Below are positions 14,445 to 27,012 of a stretch of DNA of 64,000 nucleotides, one piece after another. The notes below the pieces were generated by a model that did not search any database, was not told the DNA's origin, and saw nothing but the letters and a program-made list of their open reading frames with translations. The position numbers were made by a program, and so were the translations under genes. Each line of letters starts with the position of its first letter. Within the stretch, counting starts at the first letter, position 1. The stretch is from Eremomyces bilateralis CBS 781.70 (lineage: Eukaryota), in NCBI GenBank assembly GCA_010015585.1, contig ML975151.1; one strand, given 5' to 3'.

Positions 14445-16186
14445 AATGGGGGGCCTCTTTGATATCTCGGGTGGATGGGCAATATCGAAGCAGACTTTGT
14501 CATGGGAATTGGTGCGGATCCAGCTATATAAATCGATCCTTACTGTCAATTAGACGCTGTCGACGTCCCCTAGGCGTAAAAATCTGCGCCCAAGTCCTAC
14601 ATGCACTTTCGAAATTCGGGACTTAGCCTCGGGGTCGAAGACTGCTCGTATACTGGACTGTGTGGAGGAGGCGTCTTGATCGTCCAAGAGACCACTTCCC
14701 CGCATGTTACTCCAAGCCGCCTGCAACTTTAGGTCGTTCAACGGCGGAATTAGCAAACCATAGAAGCGCTAGTCTACAGGAATCCTTCGAAACTGAATGA
14801 AGCATGGGCCAATGCCTCGGCGGGAAGCTGCATTGAGGGGGACGTTTGGCATCAAAGCTTCCGAATCGTGTCTAGATGCATGCTTCGTCTCAGATTTGAA
14901 TTATACTTCGATGAAGCGGATAGCCATTCCGGATCACCAACTTCATTGTTTTATCTGTCTATACTGGCAAGAGTTTACCACTGTATGATGTGATGCTGGT
15001 TCCAAAGCATCAGTTTTTTTTCGCTGAACACCTCACTCATCCCTCCACCAGTGCCAGGTGCACTATGAAATGCCTACAAAGATACCGCCGTACCACCTCT
15101 GTATTTTGCGGCTTCAAATTCGGTTCATCCAATCGGATAACAGAGCGAGAAATTGTTTCGGTGCTTGCATTTACCCAGAGGAGATCCTGTCAGCCAGGTG
15201 GAATTCAAGCGCCTCTCCTTGAGGCAATCTCGATGATTCAAATCCAGGTACCTCACGGAGTACTCTGTAAATATATTTGCCATTTGGTGTCCGTATTATG
15301 CGATCGGATGTTTAAACGAATACGAGAATCTAGTACCCGAACATTGGTGGTTGATAAGACTTACTATGGTACGGAATACTATGTACGATCCGCTTCCGCC
15401 CCGACTCCACGCCACTCCAAGATCATTAATGCCCTTGGCAACCCCGCGCGCCATCTCGCACTAATATTAAATTACTACTTCGGGTCGTATCTTCATCACA
15501 AACAGGACGCTAGGCATACTTGCTACATCCACAAGACGTAATAATAATATTACCGGATACTCCGTTAGTTACCCCGTCCTCGAAGTATACATAAAGAGAA
15601 TGAAGAAGCCTTTATAGAATCCGGAAGTAGTCCTCATCGATTCTGTTTCCTGCTCGACCACTCTTCGATCCACACCGATTAGTGCTGGATAAGTCGCCTT
15701 TACCATATTCCGTACAGCCTTCGATTCTGTGATTACTTATGGCATATATGATACAATGACCCATATTATGAACTCCACGTCTGCCAACGTTCTTTGTTGA
15801 TTGTTCCTCGTTTCCTAGCTTGTGCGCTTGTGTGCTTGCGCGCTTGCCCCACCTCGGCTCTAGTTACCTCCCAGCGTGTCTGAACGGTTCTCACGTCCTC
15901 TGCGAACGTTACACACGTAGTCCTTCAACATGATTGTTTTGTGAGGAATTGGGCATAAATTTTGCTCATCCATTCAGATCGTGAAGCTAATAATGGATCC
16001 TCCCTCCAAATATGATCAAGTTTGGGGAGATCTCACGTAAGCAAGGTACCTAAGCTTAGATATGTCCTAATTAGGTGATGATTGCGAGCGGGCCGATATG
16101 GATTAAGGGTGAACCATTCATAATGCCACCCAGTCCCCTGAATACGGACCAGTTCCGTCTTTATATTTTCGTTCAAACGTTTAGCG

Positions 16187-18060
16187 ATGCTCTCGAGAAA
16201 CAGTGATCAGGTATATGACTTGATAGTCATTGGAGCAGGTAGGCGTTTTGACGAGAGTATCCAAATGAATGGAGTTGACTTGTGCCTTTAGGGTTTTCTG
16301 GAATTGAAACTGCTCGATTCTACCTCGAAGCACATTCGAAGTGTCGACCATTGATAGTTGACAAGTATGAGTATCCAGGGGGTGTCTGGTCGAAGAGTAT
16401 GCACCGTCCTTTGCCTATAGTAACAAATAGCTGGACTGAACAGAAGTAGGTCATGTATACTCAGGATTCTGGTCGCAGACAGGTGAACGAATGGTCGGCT
16501 TCTCCGATCGTCCCTTCGAATTGCCTATAGATGCGCCACGAATTCACATCGACTTGTTCGAAGCCAAATATATGGCGGAATATTTCGACGAGTACATGGA
16601 CAGCCATAGTTATGAAGGCCAGACGTTGAAAGATAGAACGATGTTCAACTTCTCCGTGGAGCGTGTTCAAAAGGTAAAGGATCTCTGGACAGTGAGCGGC
16701 GTCCAGAACGGCGCCAATTTCGATTTTCGGTCCACGAGGCTCACTGTCGCAACTGGTGCCTTTTCAAGGCCATATTATCCAATTATGCAAGGCAGAGACG
16801 ACTTCAAAGGGCCGGTCATACACAGCAAGGAATTTGGGCAGTCCAACGCACAATCAGATCCAAGTATCAAGAAAATAATTGTCCTTGGAGCTTCCAAGTC
16901 CGCCGCGGATTATTGTATATACGCTCGCAAAGGCTGACAAAGAGGTAGCCTGGGTTATCCGAAAGAGTGGCCAGGGACCCGGTCTCTTCCTTGATCCAGC
17001 TGTGCCTGGACCGTATAGAAATTCGATTGAGGTGGCACACGTCAAACTATTCTCCATCCTATTTCCGAGCCCCTGGGGATCTTTCTCGTGGTGGAGGCAT
17101 GTCTTACATAGTACCAACTTCGGAAAACGCCTTACTCGAGGATTCATGTCGGCAGCAATGTCAGTGGCCATGAAAGCAGCAAATTACCGCAACCGACCCG
17201 GAGCACGAGACGGATTTCAAAATTTGGAGCCAACCTTAGAGTGAGTTTGTCTTGTGATAACTGGTATCTTCTCTCTAACATATACCGGTCCTTATTTTGG
17301 TACAGGCCCTCTTGGACTCCTCCACCACTCAGATTTCTGGGACGTAATATCTCAAAGGGTTGTCGTAGTCAGGGAAGATGTTTCATGTCTTGACAATAGA
17401 GGAATGGTATTGGCAGACGGCTCTTCTGTCGCCACGGACGCGATTGTCCTTGCGACTGGGTTCCTCGATTCGCACACCTACTTTGACACGGAGCAAAAGA
17501 TTCAGCTTGGCCTACCTCATCTCAAGTCCGATGGTTCTTCATCGGAGGCAGCCTTGTGGAAAAAGCTTGAAGATGCAGCAGAACCCACCATCCTCCAGTG
17601 TTATCCTGCGTTTGCGGACCCCCCTAAAGATATCTACGTGGCACCTTGTCGGTCTTCAAGGACGGCATTCCGGCTATACAAGCACATCACGCCAATTCAC
17701 GACCACTCCATCGCCTTTCCTGGCGAACCACAAGTCGCCAACGCGTTTCGAAACGGGGAGCTGCGGGGGATCTGGATTACCGCGCTCTTTGATGGGGCAC
17801 TGAAGCTACCCACCGAGGAGAAGATGCGGGAGAGCATTGCATATGCCAACGTGTTCAGCCGACTGAATGCACCGACAGCAGGACTGCAAGGTGAGTGGAT
17901 AACTCCAGCCGGGGGGATGAGATACTTCGAGGCATTGCTGCAGGAAGTGGACTTGAAGTCGCATAAGAAGTCGTGGCTACTCGACCTGGTTACGCCATAC
18001 ATTATGAGCGATTACAAAGGACTGAAATAGGAGTATTTAAGTAGGTACTGCAGTCGATAA
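16187..18060 (+). pseudogene. Flavin-containing monooxygenase (FMO-like), disabled
   Basis: Motifs YDLIVIGAG, GGVW, VATG, FKGPVIHSKEF, LGASKSAAD and VLATGF. Lesions: +1 frameshift at ~16911, probable loss of the AG acceptor at 17287-17288, and a TAG at 18028 before an in-frame EYLSRY tail. Confidence 0.8.
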
Positions 18061-18217
18061 AGTAATTGCTACAATACTCGTTCGTATGAATGATTTGCCA
18101 GTTACGCGTAGGAGACCGCAAAGATGCCTTCATCCTAGCGCCTAAGCAGGTAAATTCCGATGCAGAGTATCGATCGTGAGAGCGTTCCCTACCCTCCCAG
18201 TAGAAGCTTGCCCAATG

Positions 18218-19889
18218 TCAGTCCTTCAATGTGTACTTGAGCCTAACTGGTGTTCGGGGCTTATGAGCTGCATGTTCGTTCCTATCCGTTTCAGGCCATG
18301 CCATCTTGGGGTATCCTTGCTCATCCACCAGCTGAAAGTCAAACGTTGCCACGAAAAAGGCGATGATGATAAAGGTCTCCAGCTTCGCAAATCGCATTCC
18401 ATGGCAAGGATGTCGACCAGTGCCCCAGCCGAGATATCCATTCTGAACCTTTTTGTCCTCCGCGCGATGTGGCAGATATCTGGATGGGTCCCATGTCTGA
18501 GGGTCGGTGTAGATTTCAGGGTCAAAGTGGATATCGTCCACAGCATATACCTGGAATGGGGGTTAGTACATTTGACAGCAGTGCGGAAAAACTTACAAGA
18601 TATGCGTCCTTGGGGATAATCTCCTTTCCCAGAATCATGTCCTTTCCACTGACATTTCTGCGGAACGCAGTTCCGGTCAGGTGAAACCGAATAGATTCGC
18701 GAAGGCAAAGATCAATGTTCGGAAACTCGGTTTCCCAGTCCCCAAGAGCGAAACTAGTGAGAATATCACCTTTCGACTGCGCAGAATTCGTTCGATGCTT
18801 GTCAATGGCTGCATCAACTTCTTGGCGTACGACATCCATCCAGTGCGAGTCAGTGGAAAGATAGACGAGAATCCAAGCGGCGTTGATACCGGTGTTGAGT
18901 ACACCGGCATACAGTGAACCGATGACGAACTTTTCAAATGTTTTAATTTCTTTGGATGAGTTTAAGCAATCTTGGGTAACGTACTGATATTATCTGTGCG
19001 ATACTGTCGCCCTGATCCACCAAGAACTGAAGCGCATCTTCACCCCTTACCCCGGCACTTTTCCTTGCCTCTACAATGTTCTGTACCATCCTGTACAGTC
19101 TCGCGCCAGCAACCATTCTCTTAACGGAAGCTGGAGTAGGCAGCCAGGGGAAGATAACAGTGGAAGGTGTCGTACTGGCGTCAATAGTTTCGAAAGCCTT
19201 CAACGACCGGGAAAGTAAGTCTGGGTTATCGGCAATATCATTGCAGGCCACCGTCCGGACAGTCAATCGGTAAACGATCCGATAAATATCATCGAATGGA
19301 TCCAGAATATTGCTCTCCGCCTTCGCCAACTGACTCAGCGCTTGCCTCGTATCATTGACGAGGAGATGCAGGTTCCGAACGAATCTGCCTTTCTTCATCA
19401 GACGCGTAATGCGACGATTGAAATAGGTATCAAATCCACCCTCTACTCCGGAAGTCTCGACGCCGTCCTCATTCTTGACACTGAATCTCGGAGCATTACC
19501 GAATAGCACGGCGTAGCTGCAACTGCGTTATATGCGAGGCCCATGTGATAGGATGGGGTGGACTGTTACCCTTCAGAGAAGCTCAACTCTTTGCTTTCGA
19601 AAAATGTCTTTCTTCCTTCGACTCCACTGACACTGACGACAGGCAGTTTGCCTACATAAAAGCTGAAGCGACCGGTCTTGCTCTGTGCGGTCCCATGGCG
19701 CCAGAAATCGATTCGACGGCTGAAGAAACTCCATGCTCCCACGACTGGATACTCGTCAACCAGCACAGGGGACCCCTTGGGGAAAAGTGGACGCCGGAAC
19801 AAGAGGCGTAGCCAGTAGATGGATGCTAGGGCGAGAGAGAGGAGGATGAAGGTAACGGATGGTCTTTGCAGGTCGAGGATCGGACCCAT
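18218..19889 (-). CDS. Cytochrome P450 (CYP51/CYP7-like group IV appearance); multi-exon
   Basis: N-terminal TM anchor, I-helix GSLYAGVLNTG, K-helix ESIR, DPSRY and heme motif WGTGRHPCHG. Confidence 0.9.
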
Positions 19890-20890
19890 CTTGTCGAGTC
19901 TGAGGCCGGGTTCAGCCTAGGAGATCCTAAGTAGTGTTGCTGAAGGACAACCTGTAATAGGGAGCAGTGGGCAGGTGCAGGTTAGTACGTAGTGATACAA
20001 CTGAAGGAGAGATTGATCAACGATCTGATAACTGTACGGTCCTCGGGAGGAAGAATATAACGGTAGTAGACAGTGAAACTTCTCTTCTCAGTTGCCGCTT
20101 CCTATTGCCGTATCTGCTGGTAAGTTCGTTGAATTCAGAGTTTTTGGCTACCAGTCCACATCCTACGATAGAATTCCACTCAGCCAGTTTGGTTTCAATG
20201 GAGACAGTTTACTGGGGCCCGTTAACATAATAAAAGCCTACAGTGCAGGTTCTCCGATGTGAAATCGGGATGAGGCTGTTGGCTTGAGATTAATTAGAGT
20301 TTGACTATTTGGTCGCAGAAGGAGCTCCACGGGCACAGGTGAATGATAAAGTACTATCCGATGTTCCCAGCAAGCATCAAGGCTGGTCTTCAGTACTGCA
20401 AAATAATTTTTCTTATCCCGCGTCAGACGCATCAGGTGTGCCATACTATATACTGGCTAGTCAGGCGCCGTGACACTAAAATGACTGTCGTTGTCCCGCC
20501 TGTTCATAGAGACTTAGTCTTATGGTAGTCGGCTGACACGTGCGAGATCTATTGAAAGAATCGTTCTGTTGCTGTTAATGTCAGGTCAAGGTCCCGATCG
20601 ATTGTATTTGCTTTTCTGAACCACCAAGAATTTATTAAGTTTCATTACTCTACCTGCCAAGGCGGTTGAGATTTAGCCACGGAATTTCTAGATCTCCTGC
20701 TCAATGTCGTGATGTGAACTGGCGAATCATTGGTTAAGACATGCTCACTGCCAAGTCGCTGTGATATCCATACATCGTAACACCCGAGAGAATCTATAAG
20801 TATTCCAAGTCTGCCTTGCAGAGAGGGGTATTCTGCTGGAAAAGTTGCGATGCCGTTTTCTCGGTTGTATGGTGACTTCTGCTCTTGACC

Positions 20891-22658
20891 ATGGCGCTAC
20901 AATCGCTCGTCAACACGTTCCATTCCTTACGTGATTCGACAAAGGATCACGACGATTCCACCGTCTCCGCGTACCAAGCAAACAAGTCCCCTCTGTTGTG
21001 GCGACTTGGCGATGTCTTTCTACGAACTTGGGATTTAGGGTTCACCGCCTTCGGGGGACCGCCGGTACATTTTCAAATCCTCCATCGACGGTTCGTAGAA
21101 GGGCATGGCGGGAAAGCAAAATGGGTCGATGAGCAGACTGTAAGCCATCAGAATCCAAATCGAATTCCGACCGAAAGGCGCATGTACTGGAAAAATAGGA
21201 GCTGATTCTGCTCTTATACAGTATCAGGAAATCTTCGCAGTATGTCAGGGTCTGCCTGGCCCAGCTAGCACCAAGATGGCATTCTCCCTAGCCCAGATCC
21301 ACGCCGGATTCATTCCCGCTCTGTTTGTGTTCTTTCTCTGGAGTCTGCCAGGCGCAGTTGGCATGTTTGTGCTGTCTCTTGGTGTTCAGCGTATCGGCGA
21401 TGTCCTTCCTGGCCCAGTCTACGCGCTTCTCTCTGGTCTGAACGCTTCGACGGTGGGCATCATTGCCCTTGCCGCTGTCCAGCTCGCCGAGAAGGCTATC
21501 ACTGACCCATTAACGCGCATTCTTGTCATCGGTGCCGGTTGTGCGGGATTGTGCTACAACGCCTTGTGGTACTTTCCTGTAATCATGGTAGTAGGTGGCA
21601 CTATGACGGTTGTCTGGGACATCTGGCTCCGACAGCAAGTGGAAAAGTTCAGAGCGAGCATACAACGCAAGCGAAAAAGTCAGCAAGAGTTGAGTCCCGA
21701 AGCTGCCACACCTGAAGCAAATATACCGTCGGGGCTGCAGACGGCCCAACCAGAAGGGTTGCACAAACGGACTGCTGGAAACGGATTGAAGGGAAAGTTC
21801 AGAGAAGATATGACAACGCCGTCGACCGATCCGAAATTCGTGATCGAGTCAGAATCGCCGAGAGAGGCAGCTTCGGACCAGGGAAACCCCATGACTGATA
21901 CCCAGTCTCACAGAATCTCCATCAAGGTTGGCATTGCGATAATCATCGGGTTTTTGGGTACGTACCCCATCGATGCCCTTGACTGCATATTGACGTTTCC
22001 AGCTTCCTTGATCGCCATTCTTATTACAAGAGGTGTCCTGAAACGACCTCCGCTTCCTTTGTCCCTGTTCTCAAATATGTATCTCGCCGGAACGATCATC
22101 TTCGGCGGAGGACCCGTGGTCATCCCGCTGCTACGGGAATATGTTGTCCAACCCGGCTGGGTTTCCTCTAGAGACTTCCTCCTTGGACTTGCTATCATCC
22201 AGGCATTCCCCGGCCCCAATTTCAACTTTTCCGTGTACCTGGGGGCGCTTGTGATGACCGCGCCTACATATCTCGGAGAGCCGTACAAGCAAACGTATCC
22301 CACGTTTCTCGGAGCATTATTGGGATTCATCGGCATATTTGTCCCCGGCCTTGCTCTGGTGGTTGCGGCGCAGTCATTCTGGCGGGTACTGAGGCGCAAA
22401 CCTGTGGTCACCAGTGCGCTCCGTGGTCTCAATGCGGCGGCCGTGGGCCTTGTCTTCACAGCTGTCTACCGACTGTGGGAAATCGGCTACCTAACGAAAG
22501 ATAACAGTCAGGGTCAGAGTTTGGCCCGGGAACCTTGGTGGGTGGTTGTTGCGGCAGTGTCTTATTCGGCAAGTGCCTGGTATAAGGTCCCTGTTGCCGG
22601 TGCGATTATTATGGGTGGCATTCTTGGAACAGCATGGTGGGGAACTGTAGGGAGGTAA
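20891..22658 (+). CDS. Chromate ion transporter (CHR family, long-chain bidomain)
   Basis: LGFTAFGGPPVH, CQGLPGPASTK, GTIIFGGGPVVIPLL and QAFPGPNFNF. Introns at ~21139-21221 and 21958-22002. Confidence 0.92.
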
Positions 22659-23432
22659 ATGCTGCGTTCCGTTCGTCCGGCTCATTGAAGGTTCCCAAAA
22701 AACGAAATCACTATTAGGTTTGTACGCTTTCGAGAGGACTACTGGTTCCGACTGTAATGACGCTCTTCAAGCCGGTCCAACATGAAGAGAAATATAAAGC
22801 TCCAATCTACACATGGTTTCTGATATGTACTTGGAACATGTAATATATGGCCTTCGCTCCACTGCCGCTAACGGATGAAGGAATAGAGAAACATTGATAT
22901 AACAAGGACATTACAGTGAACAGAACATCGAAGAATACCTCTAGTGTTATTATGCTGCATAGCTTCGCAGATATTGCTCCTCAGTGCCATCAGTTGTGCT
23001 ATCACCCCTGCTGTCTTCCTCGGATCTCGCAAGTACGTCCTTATGATTTGTCTCCTCTTCCAAACAAGTGGCGTCAGAGGCGGTCCCAGGTGAATACCGA
23101 ATTATCTAGAATGTGTCGGTGCGCAAGGACCGATGTGAGCTTCAAGATGCGGACACCCCTCCAGGAGGATGTCGACGTGAAATGAAGCAGCAGGGTCCAA
23201 TTCTTCAGGATCCAAGAGATATACATTGTAGCCATTCAGAAACGACGCTCTCAAGACTATCACCAAATTAATTTCCAGTACCGTAAGCAAACATGCCTTA
23301 GGCGCAAGATAAACCGAGCCATATAACGTGCCTGCGGCATTTCATAGTGTCATCCCAACGTCTCCCTAACACCTTTCCGGGTCAAACGCCATCGGATCGA
23401 GTTGTGATTCCACACCGGTGGCATTGGCCAGT

Positions 23433-25066
23433 TCACTCCTCCATCTTCAACGGGCCGCCCGCATCAGCTCCCTCTCGGACCTCCTTGTCACCCCAATGCT
23501 TCAACAAGAAGCTCTTTTTGAAATAGTCATTCGGATGTACGATCGTTTCCTTCAGTCCCGGGATCTCCTGGCCCGGCTTGCCATCCAGCTCCGCCTTGTG
23601 CTGATACTCAAAGACGCGGTTGCAGGCAATGTGGTAGCGCTGGCGACCGACGTCCTCGCGGATGGTTTTGAGGACCTCGCGGTCATGCACGCCCATGCTG
23701 CGGAGCGATTCGAGGAGATTGTCGATGCTGAACGTGCGGTAGGGGCAGCCGTGAGCTTGGCCAGCGCTCGGCAGCGGCTCTGTCAGGATCTTCTGGCAGC
23801 TGTAGGCGCTGTATCCCTTTCCGCGGCGATTGGAGTCGCCGCCGACGTCGCCGTATACGTGTCGGATGTTGTACTTGTATTCTTTCTCGAACTTCTCGTC
23901 GGTCATGAGCGAGAAGGATCGGCGCCAGAAGACGATGCAGTCCTGCAGCGATAGGCCAATTCCTTTCAAGAAAAGGGTATATTGCAGTCGCGCGAAGTGT
24001 TTGAGATGGTGGTCTCGAGCAAGTCGCGTTTGTAATTGGCCCATGCATGCCGGGAAATGTTGTGCGAGTTGAGGGATGTTGTTCGCGTGGGGCTGTAGCG
24101 TCCCGGGAAGCGCAGAGTTGCTGTCGTAGGTGCTGGCAGGTGAGATAAAGGAGGCGGACAGATGCTTCAAGATCGGCGTCAATCTGTCGTCCTCGTCAAG
24201 ACGTGGTAGGGCTCGGGCAGTGAGCTACATGCTGTTAGCACGGACTTACGAAGACGGGGGAAGAATACTAACCTCCATTGCTGCATCTAGTCGCCGTGTG
24301 AATTCCGCCATGACAAGACTCATCTGCTCTCGAGCAGGAACGTACGCGACCCCTCTCTTCAGCAACACCCTTCTGCTCTCCACGAGCTCCGGAACTTGTT
24401 CCCATTCAACTTTGAACCAGCCATCGTCATCGCTTTGCCTCGTCTTATACGTCACGGCCGCAAGTTCGCTTGCCAATTCCCTTTTCTCCTCATCCCCTAC
24501 TTTCTCCCACCTTAAGTCTAGGCTATCCACGAACTCCCTTCGCTCTCTTGCATCATCCTCCTTCCATCGGAGACGGAAAAGCATGCTTTCTAATCGGGAG
24601 AAACGCCGGCGGAGGTCTTCGGTAGAGGAAAAGGCAAGTCGTAGGATGAAGTGAGAGTAGTGGTCCTGTTTCCGCTCCTCCTGTAGCATGGATGATCGGG
24701 ATGAGTTCGAGTGAAGAGCGAGGTATTTAGAGAGGATAGGAGCCATATATGAGGCCGTCTCGTCCGGCGTGCGATTTCGGAACGTACATGATTCGAGTTC
24801 GGAGAGCACTGGGTTGTTAGTCCAACTTCCCTTCGCAGCTTTTAGGGTAGATTATGGTAGAAATCGCCGTGCTTACCCTTCAACCGGTTTATCGCCCACT
24901 CCTCGAACTCTTCCAGCGTTATCTCTGCAGTAGGCGGTAGAACGTAGAAGTTGAGGCGATGTTGGTAGTCATGATGCTGAAAGGCCGGTTGGGCGAACTG
25001 CTTCTTCTTTGGATCGAGATTCGACCGCCTTTTGGCATCGATGCGATTGAAGTCTTGTCGAATCAT
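23433..25066 (-). CDS. PRI2: DNA primase large subunit; 3 exons
   Basis: LNFYVLPPTAEITLEEFEEWAINRL, DHYSHFILRLAF and HHLKHFARLQYTLFLKGIG. Four Fe-S cysteines lie in FPACM, YSCQKI, HGCPY and IACNRVF. Confidence 0.96.
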
Positions 25067-25219
25067 CTTGGACGGTGCTGTCGAGAATGGATCATGTACG
25101 ATGGAATTTGTCGAGCATCTTCAAGCATCCGGACCAGATAAATCGTTTATCGTACCTGGGACAACAAACATCCTGATCTGACGTACAGAGATATGTGGGG
25201 AGCTACAGAAAGTCCAGGA

Positions 25220-25267
25220 ACGCGTCGTTGACGCGAGACCGCGTTTTGGCGCGTCACTGCCACGCGT
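25220..25267. promoter_or_regulatory. Cluster of MCB (MluI cell-cycle box)-like elements upstream of PRI2
   Basis: ACGCGT at 25220 and 25262, ACGCGA at 25231, CCGCGT at 25239 and GCGCGT at 25249, all about 155-200 bp upstream of the PRI2 ATG. Confidence 0.75.
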
Positions 25268-25597
25268 TGTGCCTTGCACTTTCCCAGATCCGATGTGGCT
25301 GGTGCGCCGCTGTGTGATCACTGTTACACTGTAGCTTCACCTCCTTGCTGTGTGCTGCGTTCTGTTGCAGGGAGCTTCCATTTAATAATCGATATCTCAA
25401 GTGCACAAATTTATAGCGAGCGTCAAAATCTTGGTACTCACCGCTGGGAGCGTGGTTGCAATGTGTCCGACGTGCATACATCTCGGATCGATCCATCACG
25501 ACTCTATTATGATCACAGTCCCTTTTGATGACTCTCTGCTATCGCCTTGTCTATGTCCTCCGTCTGAATGCTGAAACACAATGACAGCTCGTCTTGA

Positions 25598-26802
25598 TCA
25601 ACCCAATAAATCCCCCAACATATCCACATATGCCGTCGGAACGATCTCCTTCCCCTCCCCTAGAAACTCCTCCTTCTTCGACACCCCCGTCAACACCGCC
25701 AACGTCCCCCCAAGCCCCCCCTCAATCCCAAACTGAATATCCGTATTCAACCGATCTCCCACCATGCATGTCCGTGTCCGATCCACGTGAAACTTCCCCT
25801 CTACCGCATCCATCATCGCCTGACTCGGCTTCCCCAACGCCAGCGGCTCCGCCCCCCACGCCCGCACGATCCCCGCCCCCGTCGCCCCCGCCCCCGGGAA
25901 CAGCGTCCCGTGGCTCGGCAGCGTGCTGTCGCCGTTCGTCGCGAGGAACCGCGCCCCCGCCCGCAGATACGCCAGCGCGAGGCTCATCTTCAGGTAGTTG
26001 ATGTGGAAATCCAGGCCGATCAGCACGACGCCCACGGCCGGGTCGAGCGCGGCGCCCGAGGCGATGGAGGTGTAGTCGTCGGGCGTCATGTCGCGGCGGA
26101 GGGACGGGTCGGTGCCGCCGATGAAGGGGATGGAGCAGGACGCGAGCTCGTGCTCGATGCCGGCTTCGCCGAGGACGAAGACTTTGTTGCGCGGGGGCGA
26201 GAGTTTGAGGATCCGGGAGATGTAGATGGCGGCGCTGTAGGACGAACCGAAGACATCTTCCTGGGACGGTTTAGTAGAGGGGACGACGAAGGACGTTGAG
26301 TAGACGGGACGGATCTACCTCGTTGCATGGAATGCCTTTGGCGTCGAACTTCTGCTTGTAGGCTGCTCGGCTCTTGGTGCTGTTGTTCGTAACGAAAACA
26401 AGTCGCTTGCCTACGCTCGTTGGTAAGCCCCATTTCGCCTGCGAATTGTTGGGACCCTCACCTTTGTCTTTCAACATCTGAATCGTTTCGACGGTCTTGG
26501 GGTAGACCTGTTCTCCGGACCATAAGACGCCTATTTTCCGTACGTCAATCCCACTGCTCTTTAACTTTGAAACCGATGACGATAACAGAACAGCCGGGTC
26601 GTCCCGTCATTGCCGTCACGCTTTGGAGGAAACTTTTGAAAAGGTATGCAATAAGACATGCTCACCATCGCAATCAAACAAGAATGTCTTTTGTCCAATT
26701 AGTATTCTGTATAGTGCTGCCATTGGATATACGTACATCGAATCTGTCTATGAACTCATCTATGGCCGGCTTATCGCCGGTGAGGTACTTGGGAGTGACC
26801 AT
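25598..26802 (-). CDS. PHO13: 4-nitrophenylphosphatase / HAD-IIA phosphatase; 5 exons
   Basis: MVTPKYLTGD...FD/TFLFDCDG/VLW, FVTNNSTKSR, FLATNGD, LGKPSQ, MVGDRLNTDI and TLAVLTGV. Confidence 0.93.
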
Positions 26803-26912
26803 GCTAACTGTGCCGCCTTTACTAATACTCCTGGTGCCCAAGAAGATCTAGAGAGAAAGGGTATGGAAAAGACTGGAACTTGCAACTAACACGCGGAAGT
26901 AAGTAGTTACTA

Positions 26913-26959
26913 ACGTAATCCACCAGCGAGTCGCCCAAACCACCGAGTCGCCCACCTCA
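26913..26959 (+). repeat. Left TIR of the pogo/Fot1 element
   Basis: ACGTAATCCACCAGCGAGTCGCCCAAACCACCGAGTCGCCCACCTCA, which contains the direct repeat CGAGTCGCCCA twice. Confidence 0.95.
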
Positions 26960-27012
26960 ACCGTGGCCCACTACCGTAACCTGAATATCTCAACAACTAC
27001 TGAAGCAATTTA

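Noticed and set aside
14991..15021. Hairpin TGATGCT/AGCATCA followed by a T-run, resembling an intrinsic terminator
   Set aside because: Eukaryotic context, a 7-bp stem can arise by chance, and I found no Pol III gene upstream.
14990..15541. 183-aa ORF on +
   Set aside because: No recognisable domain, non-ATG start and non-coding-like composition.
23102..23290. Minus-strand peptide with ILLEGCPHLE, faintly LRR/F-box-like
   Set aside because: A single short motif with no gene structure.
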